From contig JABGTK010000004.1 of the NCBI GenBank assembly GCA_018647265.1, positions 20,384 to 84,383 on the forward strand: a DNA stretch of 64,000 bases, written 5' to 3'. Origin of the DNA: Fidelibacterota bacterium (GTDB lineage Bacteria; Fidelibacterota; Marinisomatia; Marinisomatales; TCS55). Positions 51,260 through 60,581 of this stretch are shown here, in pieces. The position numbers and the translations under genes were made by a program. Under the pieces are notes generated by a model that worked only from the letters and a program-made list of their open reading frames with translations, did not search any database and had not been told where the DNA came from. Each line of letters opens with the position of its first letter. Positions within the stretch are counted from its first letter, which is position 1.

Positions 51260-52330
51260 ATGGAGCGTAAAATTGTCCATGTCGTTGGGACAGGAACTAT
51301 AGGTGAGCCGCTGATCGGTTTGCTATGTGATTATCGCGATCAACTTGGAATTGACGAGGTCACATTTAATAAAAATTCTCCTCTACGTAGCGATCGTTCA
51401 AAAGTTATAGATCTTTTAAAAAGAGGAGCTCGCCTTGCAGTGGGTGAGGACAAAGTTGAAGGATTTAAAGTGTTAGGAATGGATCCTGAACTTGAAACGG
51501 AAGAGGCCATTGGTCGTGCTTCAGTTGTGATTGACTGTACGCCATCCGGTGTGGGTCATCAGAATAAGGAAAGGTATTACCATAAATTTGATGATAAAGT
51601 AAAAGGATTTATGGCGCAGGGCAGTGAAGATGGCTTCGGTGTAAAGTATGCCCGTGGTATCAATGATTCTGTCCTTAAGAATGGAGACAATCAATTTATC
51701 CAAGTGGTGTCCTGCAATACTCATAATATTTCATGTATTACAAATACCCTAGCCTTAGATGGCCATGGTCCTGAAAATCTCAAGGAAGGCCGTTTTGTTT
51801 GTGTCCGTCGTGCCAATGATACGAGCCAGGCCGGGGGTTTTATCCCTGCGCCAGCAGTGGGTGGCCACAGTGATGAAATGTTCGGTTCTCACCATGCCAA
51901 AGATGCATCAGAGCTATTCGCCACTTTAGGGTATGAATTGAATTTATTTTCTTCAGCAATGAAGGTGAACAGCCAGTATATGCATGTACTTTGGTTTGCC
52001 CTAAAGACAAAAGAACCCACCAATTTGAATGAAGTAAAAGATCGTCTTGCAGCCAATGATCTGGTTGCTATGACAACTAAAAATATGACCAGTACAGTTT
52101 ATTCATTCGGGAGAGATCATGGCCATTTTGGACGCATTTTAAATCAAACTGTTGTGGTGGAACAATCCCTTCATGTAAGGAATGAACACGAGATCTATGG
52201 ATTCTGCTTTACACCGCAGGATGGCAATTCCATCTTGAGTAGTATTTCTGCCGCAGAACGATTCCTTTATCCCCATTCTTATGAGGATAAGATTCAGTGT
52301 CTTAACGAACTTTTCTTTGACGAAATTTGA
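51260..52330 (+). CDS. Class II (archaeal-type) glyceraldehyde-3-phosphate dehydrogenase homologue
   Basis: GTGTIG Rossmann motif, VVIDCTPSGVGHQNKERY, active-site VVSCNTH, VRRANDTSQ, and SHHAKD. By eye these align with the archaeal GAPDH motifs IDCTPEG.G..N...Y, VSCNTT, VRR.ADP.Q and SHHGPD. Confidence 0.55.
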   Translation: MERKIVHVVGTGTIGEPLIGLLCDYRDQLGIDEVTFNKNSPLRSDRSKVIDLLKRGARLAVGEDKVEGFKVLGMDPELETEEAIGRASVVIDCTPSGVGHQNKERYYHKFDDKVKGFMAQGSEDGFGVKYARGINDSVLKNGDNQFIQVVSCNTHNISCITNTLALDGHGPENLKEGRFVCVRRANDTSQAGGFIPAPAVGGHSDEMFGSHHAKDASELFATLGYELNLFSSAMKVNSQYMHVLWFALKTKEPTNLNEVKDRLAANDLVAMTTKNMTSTVYSFGRDHGHFGRILNQTVVVEQSLHVRNEHEIYGFCFTPQDGNSILSSISAAERFLYPHSYEDKIQCLNELFFDEI

Positions 52331-52974
52331 GCTTTAATGTAGAAACGGTCGTCACGGGCCCGTTTCAAGAGAATAGTTATATTGCTTGGTATCCTGATTC
52401 ATCTCAGGCGGTACTGGTGGATCCAGGTGATGATGATAGCTTAATTATGCAGACCCTTGAGAATCATAACTTGATTCCCGTTGCCATTATTAATACCCAT
52501 GCTCATTTGGATCATATTGGTGCTGTACATCCTTTAAAAGAAAAGTATCAAATTCCATTTTATCTCCATGAGGATGAAAAATATATTCTTGATACCTATG
52601 AAGCGACATGTCAAATGTTTGGAATGCCGCCAAAACAAACACCAACAGTGGATATATGGTTTAAGGATGAGACTGAGATAACAATCGGTGATTTTCATTT
52701 TAATACGGTGAATACTCCAGGGCATACGCCAGGAGGTACTTGCTTGGAGATAGAAAACCATATTTTTGTTGGTGATACTCTTTTTCGTGGAAGTGTAGGA
52801 CGAACCGATTTGCCCGGCGGTGATTGGAATACATTAGAATCATCATTGATTCATTTGGTGAAAACTGTAAACCATGAACGGATTGTCCATTCTGGTCATG
52901 GCCCCGATACAACAATAGAATTTGAAATAAGAGAAAACCCCTTTTTAATTCCCTTAAAAGACAGGTTAAATTGA
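52327..52974 (+). CDS. MBL-fold metallo-hydrolase (glyoxalase II-like)
   Basis: THAHLDH motif, TPGHTPG, and the GDTLF.GSVGRTD pattern. TTG start overlaps the upstream stop. Confidence 0.8.
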   Translation: MSFNVETVVTGPFQENSYIAWYPDSSQAVLVDPGDDDSLIMQTLENHNLIPVAIINTHAHLDHIGAVHPLKEKYQIPFYLHEDEKYILDTYEATCQMFGMPPKQTPTVDIWFKDETEITIGDFHFNTVNTPGHTPGGTCLEIENHIFVGDTLFRGSVGRTDLPGGDWNTLESSLIHLVKTVNHERIVHSGHGPDTTIEFEIRENPFLIPLKDRLN

Positions 52975-52979
52975 AAGTT

Positions 52980-53927
52980 ATGAAAGTTATAGATTTCCTC
53001 GAGAAAGCGAACAAAACGCTATTTAGTTATGAAATTATTCCACCCAACCGTGGCGGATCAATTGATAAAATATTTAATCTGGTTGAAGAGCTAATGCCCT
53101 TTGATCCACCTTTTATCGATCTCACCAGCCGCTCTGCGGAAGTATATTATGAAGACGCCGGTGACGGAAAAGTCATTCGATTTATCCGCAGAAAACGGCC
53201 CGGTACAATCGGTATCAGTGCTGCCATAAAAAATAAATTTAATGTAGAAACAGTCCCTCATATTTTATGTCGCGGATTCACACGGGAAGAAACTGAAGAT
53301 GCACTCATTGAACTTAATTATCTTGGTATTAAAAATGTCTTGGCAGTCCGTGGCGACGAATTGCGGAAAGATCCACCCAATGCACCGGGAAAGACAAAAC
53401 ATAAATTTGCCGCAGGATTGGTGGAACAAATTAAAGAAATGAATGAGGGTCACTACGTTGAAGAATTGTTGGATGCGGCACCGACGGACTTCTGTATTGG
53501 TGTGGGTGCCTATCCTGAAAAGCATTTTGAAGCGCCTAACATGTCCACCGATATAAAATATCTTAAAGCGAAAGTGGATGCGGGAGCCGATTATATCGTT
53601 ACACAAATGTTTTATAACAATGATGCATTTTTCAAATTTAGAGACGATTGCCACGCCGCCGGGATTGATATTCCCATTATTCCGGGATTGAAAATTTTGA
53701 GCACCGAAGCCCATTTGAGGGTAATTCCGAAAAACTTTTATGTAGATATTCCCGAGGAATTATCCAACCAAGTCATAGGCCAATCGAAAGAAGAAATTCG
53801 ACGTATTGGTATTGATTGGGCCATGAATCAAGTTCAGGAATTGGTGGATGCAAAAGTGCCGTGTGTCCATTTTTACATTATGTCTTCTGCCAATTCAGTA
53901 GCGAAAGTTGTCTCTCAATTCAATTAA
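52980..53927 (+). CDS. metF: Methylenetetrahydrofolate reductase
   Basis: FSYEIIPP, the H..CRG pattern, VLAVRGD, GADYIVTQMFY. ATG 52980 preferred, but TTG 52971 is possible. Confidence 0.85.
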   Translation: MKVIDFLEKANKTLFSYEIIPPNRGGSIDKIFNLVEELMPFDPPFIDLTSRSAEVYYEDAGDGKVIRFIRRKRPGTIGISAAIKNKFNVETVPHILCRGFTREETEDALIELNYLGIKNVLAVRGDELRKDPPNAPGKTKHKFAAGLVEQIKEMNEGHYVEELLDAAPTDFCIGVGAYPEKHFEAPNMSTDIKYLKAKVDAGADYIVTQMFYNNDAFFKFRDDCHAAGIDIPIIPGLKILSTEAHLRVIPKNFYVDIPEELSNQVIGQSKEEIRRIGIDWAMNQVQELVDAKVPCVHFYIMSSANSVAKVVSQFN

Positions 53928-53934
53928 AATTAAA

Positions 53935-55278
53935 ATGGGTTCGTCACTTACATTTACCCGATTTATCGGGGAACTGAATTCATTAATTTCTAAAAAGAGC
54001 CGCCTTTTAGTTGCCGTCTCCGGCGGAATAGATTCTGTAACGCTGCTTCATCTTACTTCAAGACTGAAGCTGGAATATGACATTTATGCTGTCCATATTA
54101 ACCATGGACTTAGAGATGCATCTGATTCAGAGGAAAATTTTGTGCATAATCTATGTCATAATTTTGATATTGCTTTAACAGTACATCAAGCTAAAAAAGA
54201 TATTGCCCCAAATGAAAGTATGGAAATGTGGGCCCGACGAATTCGCCAAAAATCTTTTGAATTGGCCCGAAATGAATTTCAATGCGATTTTATTTTGACG
54301 GCTCACCACGCCAATGATAATGTGGAAACGATATTAATGCATTTAGATGACGGCTGTGGCATAGAAGGAGTTCGAGGCATTCCACAACAGAATGGATCCA
54401 TTATACGTCCACTCTTAAAATTCAGTCGTAGGGATATTGAAAAATATGCTCGTCACCACAGACTGAATTATATGGAGGATGAGTCCAATAGCGATACATC
54501 CATTAAGCGGAATTTTGTCCGCCATAAAGTAATGAAGCCTTGGGAAAATCAAACAAACGAATTTATAGATAGATTTATCAGTTTATCCCAAAAAGCCACA
54601 GATGTAGTTGATCGTATGAATAAAATAATAATTGAAATTTCTGCAAATATTGAGGATCGGAATCATCAAAAAATAATTAATGATGATTTAGTAAAAAAAA
54701 TAACTACAAACCAAATGGTTCGGCTCATTAAACATATATTGGGTGAAACAGAAATTTCATGGCGACGGCATCAATGGGAGGCATTAAATCAGTGGCTTAA
54801 ATCACCTAAAATTGGTTCAATACTCAAATTGAGTAAACAATGGACAATTTTGCGGGACCGTGACTGTTTCATTATAAATCATGAAATTCAGAAAAAGATT
54901 AATATGGACATTAATAAACAGGGTCAGTTTGGGTCTGATGGATTCAGTTTTTCCTTGAGTAAGATTGATTCACCTTCGATGGACTCCAACCCTTTTCATG
55001 AAGTAATTGATGCGGAATATGTAAACGGGAAAAAGTTGGTTCTCCGTTCCTGGAGAAAAGGGGATCGTTTTACTCCAATGGGAATGAATGGACGAAAAAA
55101 GGTAAGTGATCTATTGGTGGATAAAAAAGTGAATCGTTTTTCTAAAGAGAATCAATTAGTATTAACAGCGGATGATGAAATTATTTGGGTATGTGGACTG
55201 CGCTTGAGTGACAACGCCAAAGTCACACAATCCACTACTGAATTTTTGGAACTTAACATAGAATCTTTTGTAGGATAG
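53935..55278 (+). CDS. tilS: tRNA(Ile)-lysidine synthetase
   Basis: PP-loop VAVSGGIDS, TAHHANDN.ET, and the C-terminal RKGDRF.P.GM.G.KK.S pattern. Start placed at ATG 53935, after the metF stop. Confidence 0.88.
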   Translation: MGSSLTFTRFIGELNSLISKKSRLLVAVSGGIDSVTLLHLTSRLKLEYDIYAVHINHGLRDASDSEENFVHNLCHNFDIALTVHQAKKDIAPNESMEMWARRIRQKSFELARNEFQCDFILTAHHANDNVETILMHLDDGCGIEGVRGIPQQNGSIIRPLLKFSRRDIEKYARHHRLNYMEDESNSDTSIKRNFVRHKVMKPWENQTNEFIDRFISLSQKATDVVDRMNKIIIEISANIEDRNHQKIINDDLVKKITTNQMVRLIKHILGETEISWRRHQWEALNQWLKSPKIGSILKLSKQWTILRDRDCFIINHEIQKKINMDINKQGQFGSDGFSFSLSKIDSPSMDSNPFHEVIDAEYVNGKKLVLRSWRKGDRFTPMGMNGRKKVSDLLVDKKVNRFSKENQLVLTADDEIIWVCGLRLSDNAKVTQSTTEFLELNIESFVG

Positions 55279-55280
55279 CC

Positions 55281-55820
55281 ATGGCAAATAAAAGAGAAAA
55301 TTTAACCGAATTGATTTCGGAGAAGGAAGTGTTGAAACGGGTGGGAGATATCGCCACCCAAATTTCAAATAGATATGTGGATGAGGCTCCAATCCTTATC
55401 GGTATCCTAAATGGTAGTTTTATATTTGCCGCTGACCTCATGCGCGCTATTGATATTGATTGTGAAATTGATTTTATTAAAGTATCTAGTTATGCAGGGA
55501 CTGCTTCAAAAGGAACGGTACGCCTGCGTAAAGATATATCGGCGGACATTACCGACCGCCATGTAATTATTGTAGAAGACATCATTGATTCAGGATTAAC
55601 TATTAATTTTATCCGTGACCGAATGCATAATGCGGGCACAAAATCAGTAGCAATTGCGACACTATTGATGAAACCTGATATTGCCAAATTGGATTTTGAA
55701 ATAGATTGGGTAGGGTTTGAAATTCCGCCTGAATTCGTCGTAGGATACGGGCTGGATTACGACCAGAAATTAAGAAATTTAAGGGGTGTTTACCGCCTGG
55801 GGGAAATTGAGAGTGAGTAA
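55281..55820 (+). CDS. hpt: Hypoxanthine phosphoribosyltransferase
   Basis: PRPP-binding motif [13 protein letters not shown], and GYGLDY. Confidence 0.9.
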   Translation: MANKRENLTELISEKEVLKRVGDIATQISNRYVDEAPILIGILNGSFIFAADLMRAIDIDCEIDFIKVSSYAGTASKGTVRLRKDISADITDRHVIIVEDIIDSGLTINFIRDRMHNAGTKSVAIATLLMKPDIAKLDFEIDWVGFEIPPEFVVGYGLDYDQKLRNLRGVYRLGEIESE

Positions 55821-55821
55821 C

Positions 55822-57861
55822 GTGAATTCTAAAAAAGAAAATAAACCAAAACAAAACGGATTGAAGGGACAAAAAAAGTCTCCCCAGAATTCGAATAAAA
55901 ACCAAAAAGAGAACGATCAGTTCCAATGGAAACGTGCCGGAAAAACCAGCTTCGTTTGGGTACTGATAATTATATCTGCTGTCTTTTTATCCAGTATATT
56001 CACCGGTCAAGGCGTCGATGAAGTAGAAATTCAATATTCGGAATATCGTACTTTTTTGACCGACGGCCATATCGCCAAAGGCAGGATCGTTGATGACATT
56101 TTTCATGGTGAATTATCTGAAACAAAAACTGTTCTGAATGCGGGTGGCATTTCCCAGGAAGTGGTAAAGTTTCGCTTGAAACTCCCATTCATTGATCGGG
56201 AAGTCATGACCGAGTGGGACCAATACAAAGTGGATTATACCTTTAGACAAAAATCTATCGATTGGACGGGCTATTTCCTGAATATTCTACCATGGATTGC
56301 CATACTGGCATTCTGGATATTCCTAATGCGGCGCATGCAAGGTGGTGGCGGTGGAATGAAAAACATATTTAATTTTGGTAAAAGTAAAGCCAAAATATGG
56401 ACATCTGATATGTCCAAAGTCACTTTTAATGATGTGGCAGGCTGTGTAGAAGCGAAGGAAGAATTGAAAGAAATCGTGGATTTCCTCAAGAAGCCAAAGC
56501 GATACCAGAAGCTGGGCGCAAAAATTCCAAGAGGAGTCTTGTTGGTGGGACCTCCTGGGACCGGTAAAACATTATTGGCACGGGCCATTGCAGGGGAAGC
56601 CAATGTGGCATTCTTCAGCTTAAGCGGGGCGGACTTTGTAGAAATGTTCGTTGGTGTTGGGGCATCTCGTGTGAGAGATTTATTTGAACAAGGGAAGAAG
56701 AATCAACCTTGTATTATTTTTATCGATGAGTTGGATGCGGTAGGCCGTCAGCGTGGTGCCGGATTAGGCGGCGGTCATGATGAGCGTGAACAAACACTAA
56801 ATGCACTCTTGGTTGAAATGGATGGTTTTGAACCCAACGAGGATATAATCCTCATGGCAGCCACGAACCGTCCCGACGTTTTAGATTCAGCCTTACTTCG
56901 CCCCGGACGGTTTGACAGACAGGTTGTGGTGGATGTGCCGGATCTGATTGGTCGCTTGGGTATCCTGAAAGTGCACACCAAGAAAATTGTCATGAATAAA
57001 AAGAAGGTAAACCTGGAAGCTATCGCTAAAGGTACGCCTGGCATGGTGGGTGCAGATCTGGAAAATATTGTTAATGAAGCTGCTCTTTTGGCGGCGCGGA
57101 AAAAGAAAAATTCCGTGGATATGTCCGACTTTGAAGAAGCCAAAGATAAAGTAATGATGGGCGTTCAGCGAAAAAGTGTTGTCCTTTCTGAAGAAGAAAA
57201 GAAAACAACCGCTTACCACGAAGCGGGTCATACGCTAGTGGCAGGGCGAACGAAAGGTGCTGATCCTGTTCATAAAGTCTCCATTATTCCTCGGGGTCGT
57301 GCTTTAGGTGTTACCATGCAGATCCCTATTGATGAAAAGCATGGTTATTCTAGAGGATATATTGAAGGACGTTTGGCCATTTTAATGGGTGGTCGCGCGG
57401 CGGAAGAATTAATATTTAACGAACTGACCACCGGCGCCGGTAATGATATTGAACAAGCGACACAAATTGCCCGGAAAATGGTCTGTGAATGGGGTATGAG
57501 CGATGTGCTGGGTCCCATGACATTTGGGAAGAAGAATGAAGAAATATTCCTTGGGCGCGAAATACAAAGCCATCGAGACTTTTCTGAAGCAACGGCACGG
57601 ATGATTGATGAAGAAGTAGTGAGAATTATTCGCAAAGCTCAGGCCACAGCTAACCGTATTTTAAAAGAAAATGTAGAACATCTTCATAATCTTTCTAAAG
57701 CATTGCTAGAACATGAAACCATTGATGGTGAAGAAGTGTTGGCAGTGATGGATGGAAAAGAGATCAAGCGCTCACAAAACGGCGCTACGAAGAAACCGAA
57801 GAAAAAACGTCCTCGGCGAAAACCGGCACCGGAGAAAAAGAAAAAACCTGAAATCGAGTAA
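55822..57861 (+). CDS. ftsH: ATP-dependent zinc metalloprotease FtsH
   Basis: Walker A GPPGTGKT, Walker [12 protein letters not shown] region, HEAGH zinc motif. There is no ATG near the N-terminus. GTG 55822, 2 nt after the hpt stop, is used here; GTG 55786 or 55813 are alternatives. N- and C-termini are Lys-rich. Confidence 0.9.
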   Translation: MNSKKENKPKQNGLKGQKKSPQNSNKNQKENDQFQWKRAGKTSFVWVLIIISAVFLSSIFTGQGVDEVEIQYSEYRTFLTDGHIAKGRIVDDIFHGELSETKTVLNAGGISQEVVKFRLKLPFIDREVMTEWDQYKVDYTFRQKSIDWTGYFLNILPWIAILAFWIFLMRRMQGGGGGMKNIFNFGKSKAKIWTSDMSKVTFNDVAGCVEAKEELKEIVDFLKKPKRYQKLGAKIPRGVLLVGPPGTGKTLLARAIAGEANVAFFSLSGADFVEMFVGVGASRVRDLFEQGKKNQPCIIFIDELDAVGRQRGAGLGGGHDEREQTLNALLVEMDGFEPNEDIILMAATNRPDVLDSALLRPGRFDRQVVVDVPDLIGRLGILKVHTKKIVMNKKKVNLEAIAKGTPGMVGADLENIVNEAALLAARKKKNSVDMSDFEEAKDKVMMGVQRKSVVLSEEEKKTTAYHEAGHTLVAGRTKGADPVHKVSIIPRGRALGVTMQIPIDEKHGYSRGYIEGRLAILMGGRAAEELIFNELTTGAGNDIEQATQIARKMVCEWGMSDVLGPMTFGKKNEEIFLGREIQSHRDFSEATARMIDEEVVRIIRKAQATANRILKENVEHLHNLSKALLEHETIDGEEVLAVMDGKEIKRSQNGATKKPKKKRPRRKPAPEKKKKPEIE

Positions 57862-57883
57862 AATCTATTTAGGCATTTTGGTT

Positions 57884-57904
57884 TGCATCAACTGTGTTGA
57901 TGCA
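57884..57904. terminator. 9-bp hairpin between convergent ftsH and the small membrane gene (possible bidirectional terminator)
   Basis: TGCATCAAC-tgt-GTTGATGCA is a perfect 9-bp stem with a 3-nt loop. There is no clear U-tract on either side. Confidence 0.3.
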
Positions 57905-57917
57905 TGGATTGATTTAG

Positions 57918-58097
57918 TCAATCCACTCTATCATCATCTTTGTATTGAAAATATAATCCAGTCGCCACTGTAGCATATACTAAGATGGCAGCCGAAAATT
58001 CTCTTGTTGTATAGTCTTCTATTAGAAGAAAATAAAAGATAAAAACGCCTGCGAGAATAATTTTAACAATTAATATTGTTAATTTTTTCCAGCCCAT
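57918..58097 (-). CDS. 59-aa predicted two-TM membrane protein. Below the ORF-track cutoff.
   Basis: ATG at 58097 (- strand). Translation is MGWKKLTILIVKIILAGVFIFYFLLIEDYTTREFSAAILVYATVATGLYFQYKDDDRVD. Its start overlaps the end of the shifted frame of the upstream ORF. Confidence 0.35.
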   Translation of the reverse strand: MGWKKLTILIVKIILAGVFIFYFLLIEDYTTREFSAAILVYATVATGLYFQYKDDDRVD

Positions 58098-58203
58098 TTT
58101 TTATAGATCACTAGTTGTTCTTCGATTTCTTCGTCTGAAACATCGGTGGCTCTTTTTTGCTGCCATATCCAACCAAGAAATGGGAGGGGTGAGATTAAAA
58201 GCG

Positions 58204-58410
58204 CTAAATACCCGGAATATATGTACCAATTTTCAATCCCAGTGAAAATTGGATGGGATAAAATAATAAAATAATTGAACCGATTCGCCCCTTATTGCGT
58301 TCCTTTTTTAAGGCTTTTTTAATGCCTTCTTTGGTTGAATTTTGAAAATCGTCCCAGCCAAGGACTCGGCCGATTTTCTTGTGTTTTAGGAGTGGGTTAA
58401 GATTGTTCAT
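58204..58410 (-). CDS. Small hypothetical protein downstream of the XRE regulator; probably the 5' part of a frameshifted membrane-protein gene
   Basis: Listed 68-aa ORF. An adjacent frame stays open to 58079 and encodes two TM-like segments and an acidic tail, but has no start codon of its own. Confidence 0.4.
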   Translation of the reverse strand: MNNLNPLLKHKKIGRVLGWDDFQNSTKEGIKKALKKERNKGRIGSIILLFYPIQFSLGLKIGTYIPGI

Positions 58411-58430
58411 TAATAACTCCTAATTAACTT

Positions 58431-58676
58431 TTATTCATTTTCCCGTTTTAGTATTTCTGTTAGAGACTCAAACGGTTTATCGGAAAAAATGGCTTCTACG
58501 GGCAAGTTAAAGTAGCGGCTAAACTTAAAAGCTAGCTTCATACTGGGGTTGTATTCACCTCGTTCAAGGTAGCCGATGGTTTGGAAGTTGACCCCAAGGG
58601 CGCCGGCTAATGATTGTCTACTAATCCCTTTTTCCTGGCGTAGCAACCGTATTCTGTTGTAAATCTTTTCTGACAT
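58431..58676 (-). CDS. XRE-family helix-turn-helix transcriptional regulator (short, Cro/CI-type)
   Basis: IRLLRQEKGISRQSLAGALGVNFQTIGYLERGEYNPSMKLAFKFSRYFNLPVEAIF is the canonical short HTH_XRE pattern. Confidence 0.85.
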   Translation of the reverse strand: MSEKIYNRIRLLRQEKGISRQSLAGALGVNFQTIGYLERGEYNPSMKLAFKFSRYFNLPVEAIFSDKPFESLTEILKRENE

Positions 58677-58703
58677 AACTTATAGCAAAAATAATATATA
58701 ATG

Positions 58704-58717
58704 TTGTATAAGTACAA
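58704..58717. promoter_or_regulatory. Imperfect palindrome TTGTATAAGTACAA upstream of the XRE gene (possible operator)
   Basis: The half-sites TTGTA and TACAA are reverse complements, separated by 4 nt. It lies about 28-41 nt upstream of the XRE start (58676, - strand). Confidence 0.25.
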
Positions 58718-58831
58718 TATTTAAAATAGATGTATATTTTAATACTAATTCATTCTTTTTCTCGTCAGAATTAATTCAATATGGGCCAAAGTATTACTTT
58801 AAATTCAGGACTTGTTTAACCAAAAAACACA

Positions 58832-59668
58832 ATGAATATCACCCGATTTCAATCATGGCTAAAGGCCCCGTCCCATACACTGATTATGGGTATTCTTAAT
58901 GTTACGCCAGACTCCTTCAGTGATGGGGGCAAATTTGCCGATAGGAAAATCGCTAGGGACCATGCGTTGCAAATGATAGATGAAGGTGCAGATATGATCG
59001 ACATCGGCGGTGAAAGTAGCCGTCCTGGTGCTGAACCGGTTTCGATGGATGAAGAATTGAATCGAACTATTCCAGTAATTGAAGCGATTCGGCAAAAATC
59101 TGATTGTCTCATTTCGATTGATACCTATAAACCAACTGTAGCTAAAGCGGCATTGGACGCGGGGGCTGATATGGTGAATGATATTTCAGGATTCACCTTT
59201 GATAATGGCATGGCTCCCTTGGTAGCAAAACGCAATGTTCCTGTTATTTTGATGCATATTAAGGGTATACCTCGGGATATGCAGAAAGACCCGCACTATG
59301 ACAATCTGATGAGAGAGATACGTCAATTTTTTAAGAATCAAGTGGCAAGTGCCAAGGCAAAAGGTGTTTCGGATGAAATGATCATTTTAGATCCGGGAAT
59401 TGGATTTGGAAAACGCTTAGAAGATAATTTTGAAATCATCCGTGAATTGAGGCAAATTTGCGCTATGGGATATCCTGTTTTATTAGGTCCGTCGCGTAAA
59501 TCTTTTATCGGCACTGTTCTTGACCTCCCGGTTGAAGAACGGCTGGAGGGCACTTTGGCATCCATCACTGCCGGAATAATTAATGGGGCAAAGATGGTCC
59601 GCGTTCATGATGTAAAAGAAACACGCCGCGCCGTCACCATTACAGAAAAAATTATGGGGATGATTTAA
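58832..59668 (+). CDS. folP: Dihydropteroate synthase
   Basis: GILNVTPDSFSDGG, DIGGESSRPGA, SIDT, DPGIGFGK, SRKSFIG. Confidence 0.93.
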   Translation: MNITRFQSWLKAPSHTLIMGILNVTPDSFSDGGKFADRKIARDHALQMIDEGADMIDIGGESSRPGAEPVSMDEELNRTIPVIEAIRQKSDCLISIDTYKPTVAKAALDAGADMVNDISGFTFDNGMAPLVAKRNVPVILMHIKGIPRDMQKDPHYDNLMREIRQFFKNQVASAKAKGVSDEMIILDPGIGFGKRLEDNFEIIRELRQICAMGYPVLLGPSRKSFIGTVLDLPVEERLEGTLASITAGIINGAKMVRVHDVKETRRAVTITEKIMGMI

Positions 59669-60445
59669 ATGGTACTCTTCCAAATCGGTTTTCTCACCGT
59701 CACTTTAATTGATGTAATCGACCTCTTATTGGTGAGTTGGCTCTTCTACAAAGTCTATATATATTTCAAAGGCACCCGCGCCGGGCAGATGTTGGCAGGA
59801 TTAATTATCCTTATGGTAGCCTCATTCTTATTTAATGCATTTGGAATGAGCGCCTCCAGTTGGCTGGTGAACCAATTCCAAACGGTATGGGTGGTGGCTT
59901 TTGTGATTTTATTCCAACCTGAACTTCGCCGATTGCTAATATATGTAGGTCAAACCAGATTTTTCCAGAAGATATTTCGTGTGGGCACATCCAGATCCAT
60001 CGTCTCTATCGTGGAAGCGGCCTCCCAATTGAAAGAACGGCACTGGGGCGGATTGATTGTCATCCAGCGAGAAACTGGTTTAAGGACATATAAAGAACAG
60101 GGGACACAGCTCAAAGCAGAAGTGACGGCACCATTATTGGTATCAATCTTTAATCCCTCTTCACCATTGCATGATGGCGCCGTGATTATTCAAAATGAGA
60201 TTATTGATGCGGCTGCTTGTATTTTACCTTTAACAGAAAGTACAATGATTGATCCAGAAATGGGTACACGCCATCGCGCCGCATTGGGAATTTCAGAAGA
60301 AACGGATGCGATTGTGGTATTGATTTCGGAAGAACGCGCAAGAATATCTGTGGCTGAGAATGGCCGTTTTGCTCACATAGATATGGACGATTTGGCACTG
60401 AGAAAATATTTAAACGACAGAATGTTCATCGCTTCTGGGGATTAA
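59669..60445 (+). CDS. cdaA: Diadenylate cyclase CdaA (DacA)
   Basis: Three N-terminal TM helices and a DAC domain with HDGAVII, GTRHRAALG and the ISEE pattern. Confidence 0.9.
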   Translation: MVLFQIGFLTVTLIDVIDLLLVSWLFYKVYIYFKGTRAGQMLAGLIILMVASFLFNAFGMSASSWLVNQFQTVWVVAFVILFQPELRRLLIYVGQTRFFQKIFRVGTSRSIVSIVEAASQLKERHWGGLIVIQRETGLRTYKEQGTQLKAEVTAPLLVSIFNPSSPLHDGAVIIQNEIIDAAACILPLTESTMIDPEMGTRHRAALGISEETDAIVVLISEERARISVAENGRFAHIDMDDLALRKYLNDRMFIASGD

Positions 60446-60581
60446 CATCAACTTTTCATTCTGAACCTAAACAAAGTGAAAGAAAAAATCTCAAGCATAT
60501 GAATGCCTTTAAACGAATTTATGAGATTGTTCCTGCCCGATTGGCAGGCGGACACTGTGTCCAGAATGACAACTATTTATA

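Noticed and set aside
53265-53714. 149-aa ORF on the - strand
   Set aside because: It is antisense to metF, which has clear MTHFR motifs, so I treat it as a shadow ORF.
58677-58831. Possible riboswitch (e.g. THF) in the 155-nt folP leader
   Set aside because: The region is very AT-rich, and I could find no conserved riboswitch core or stable multi-stem structure. It more likely holds divergent promoters for folP and the XRE gene.
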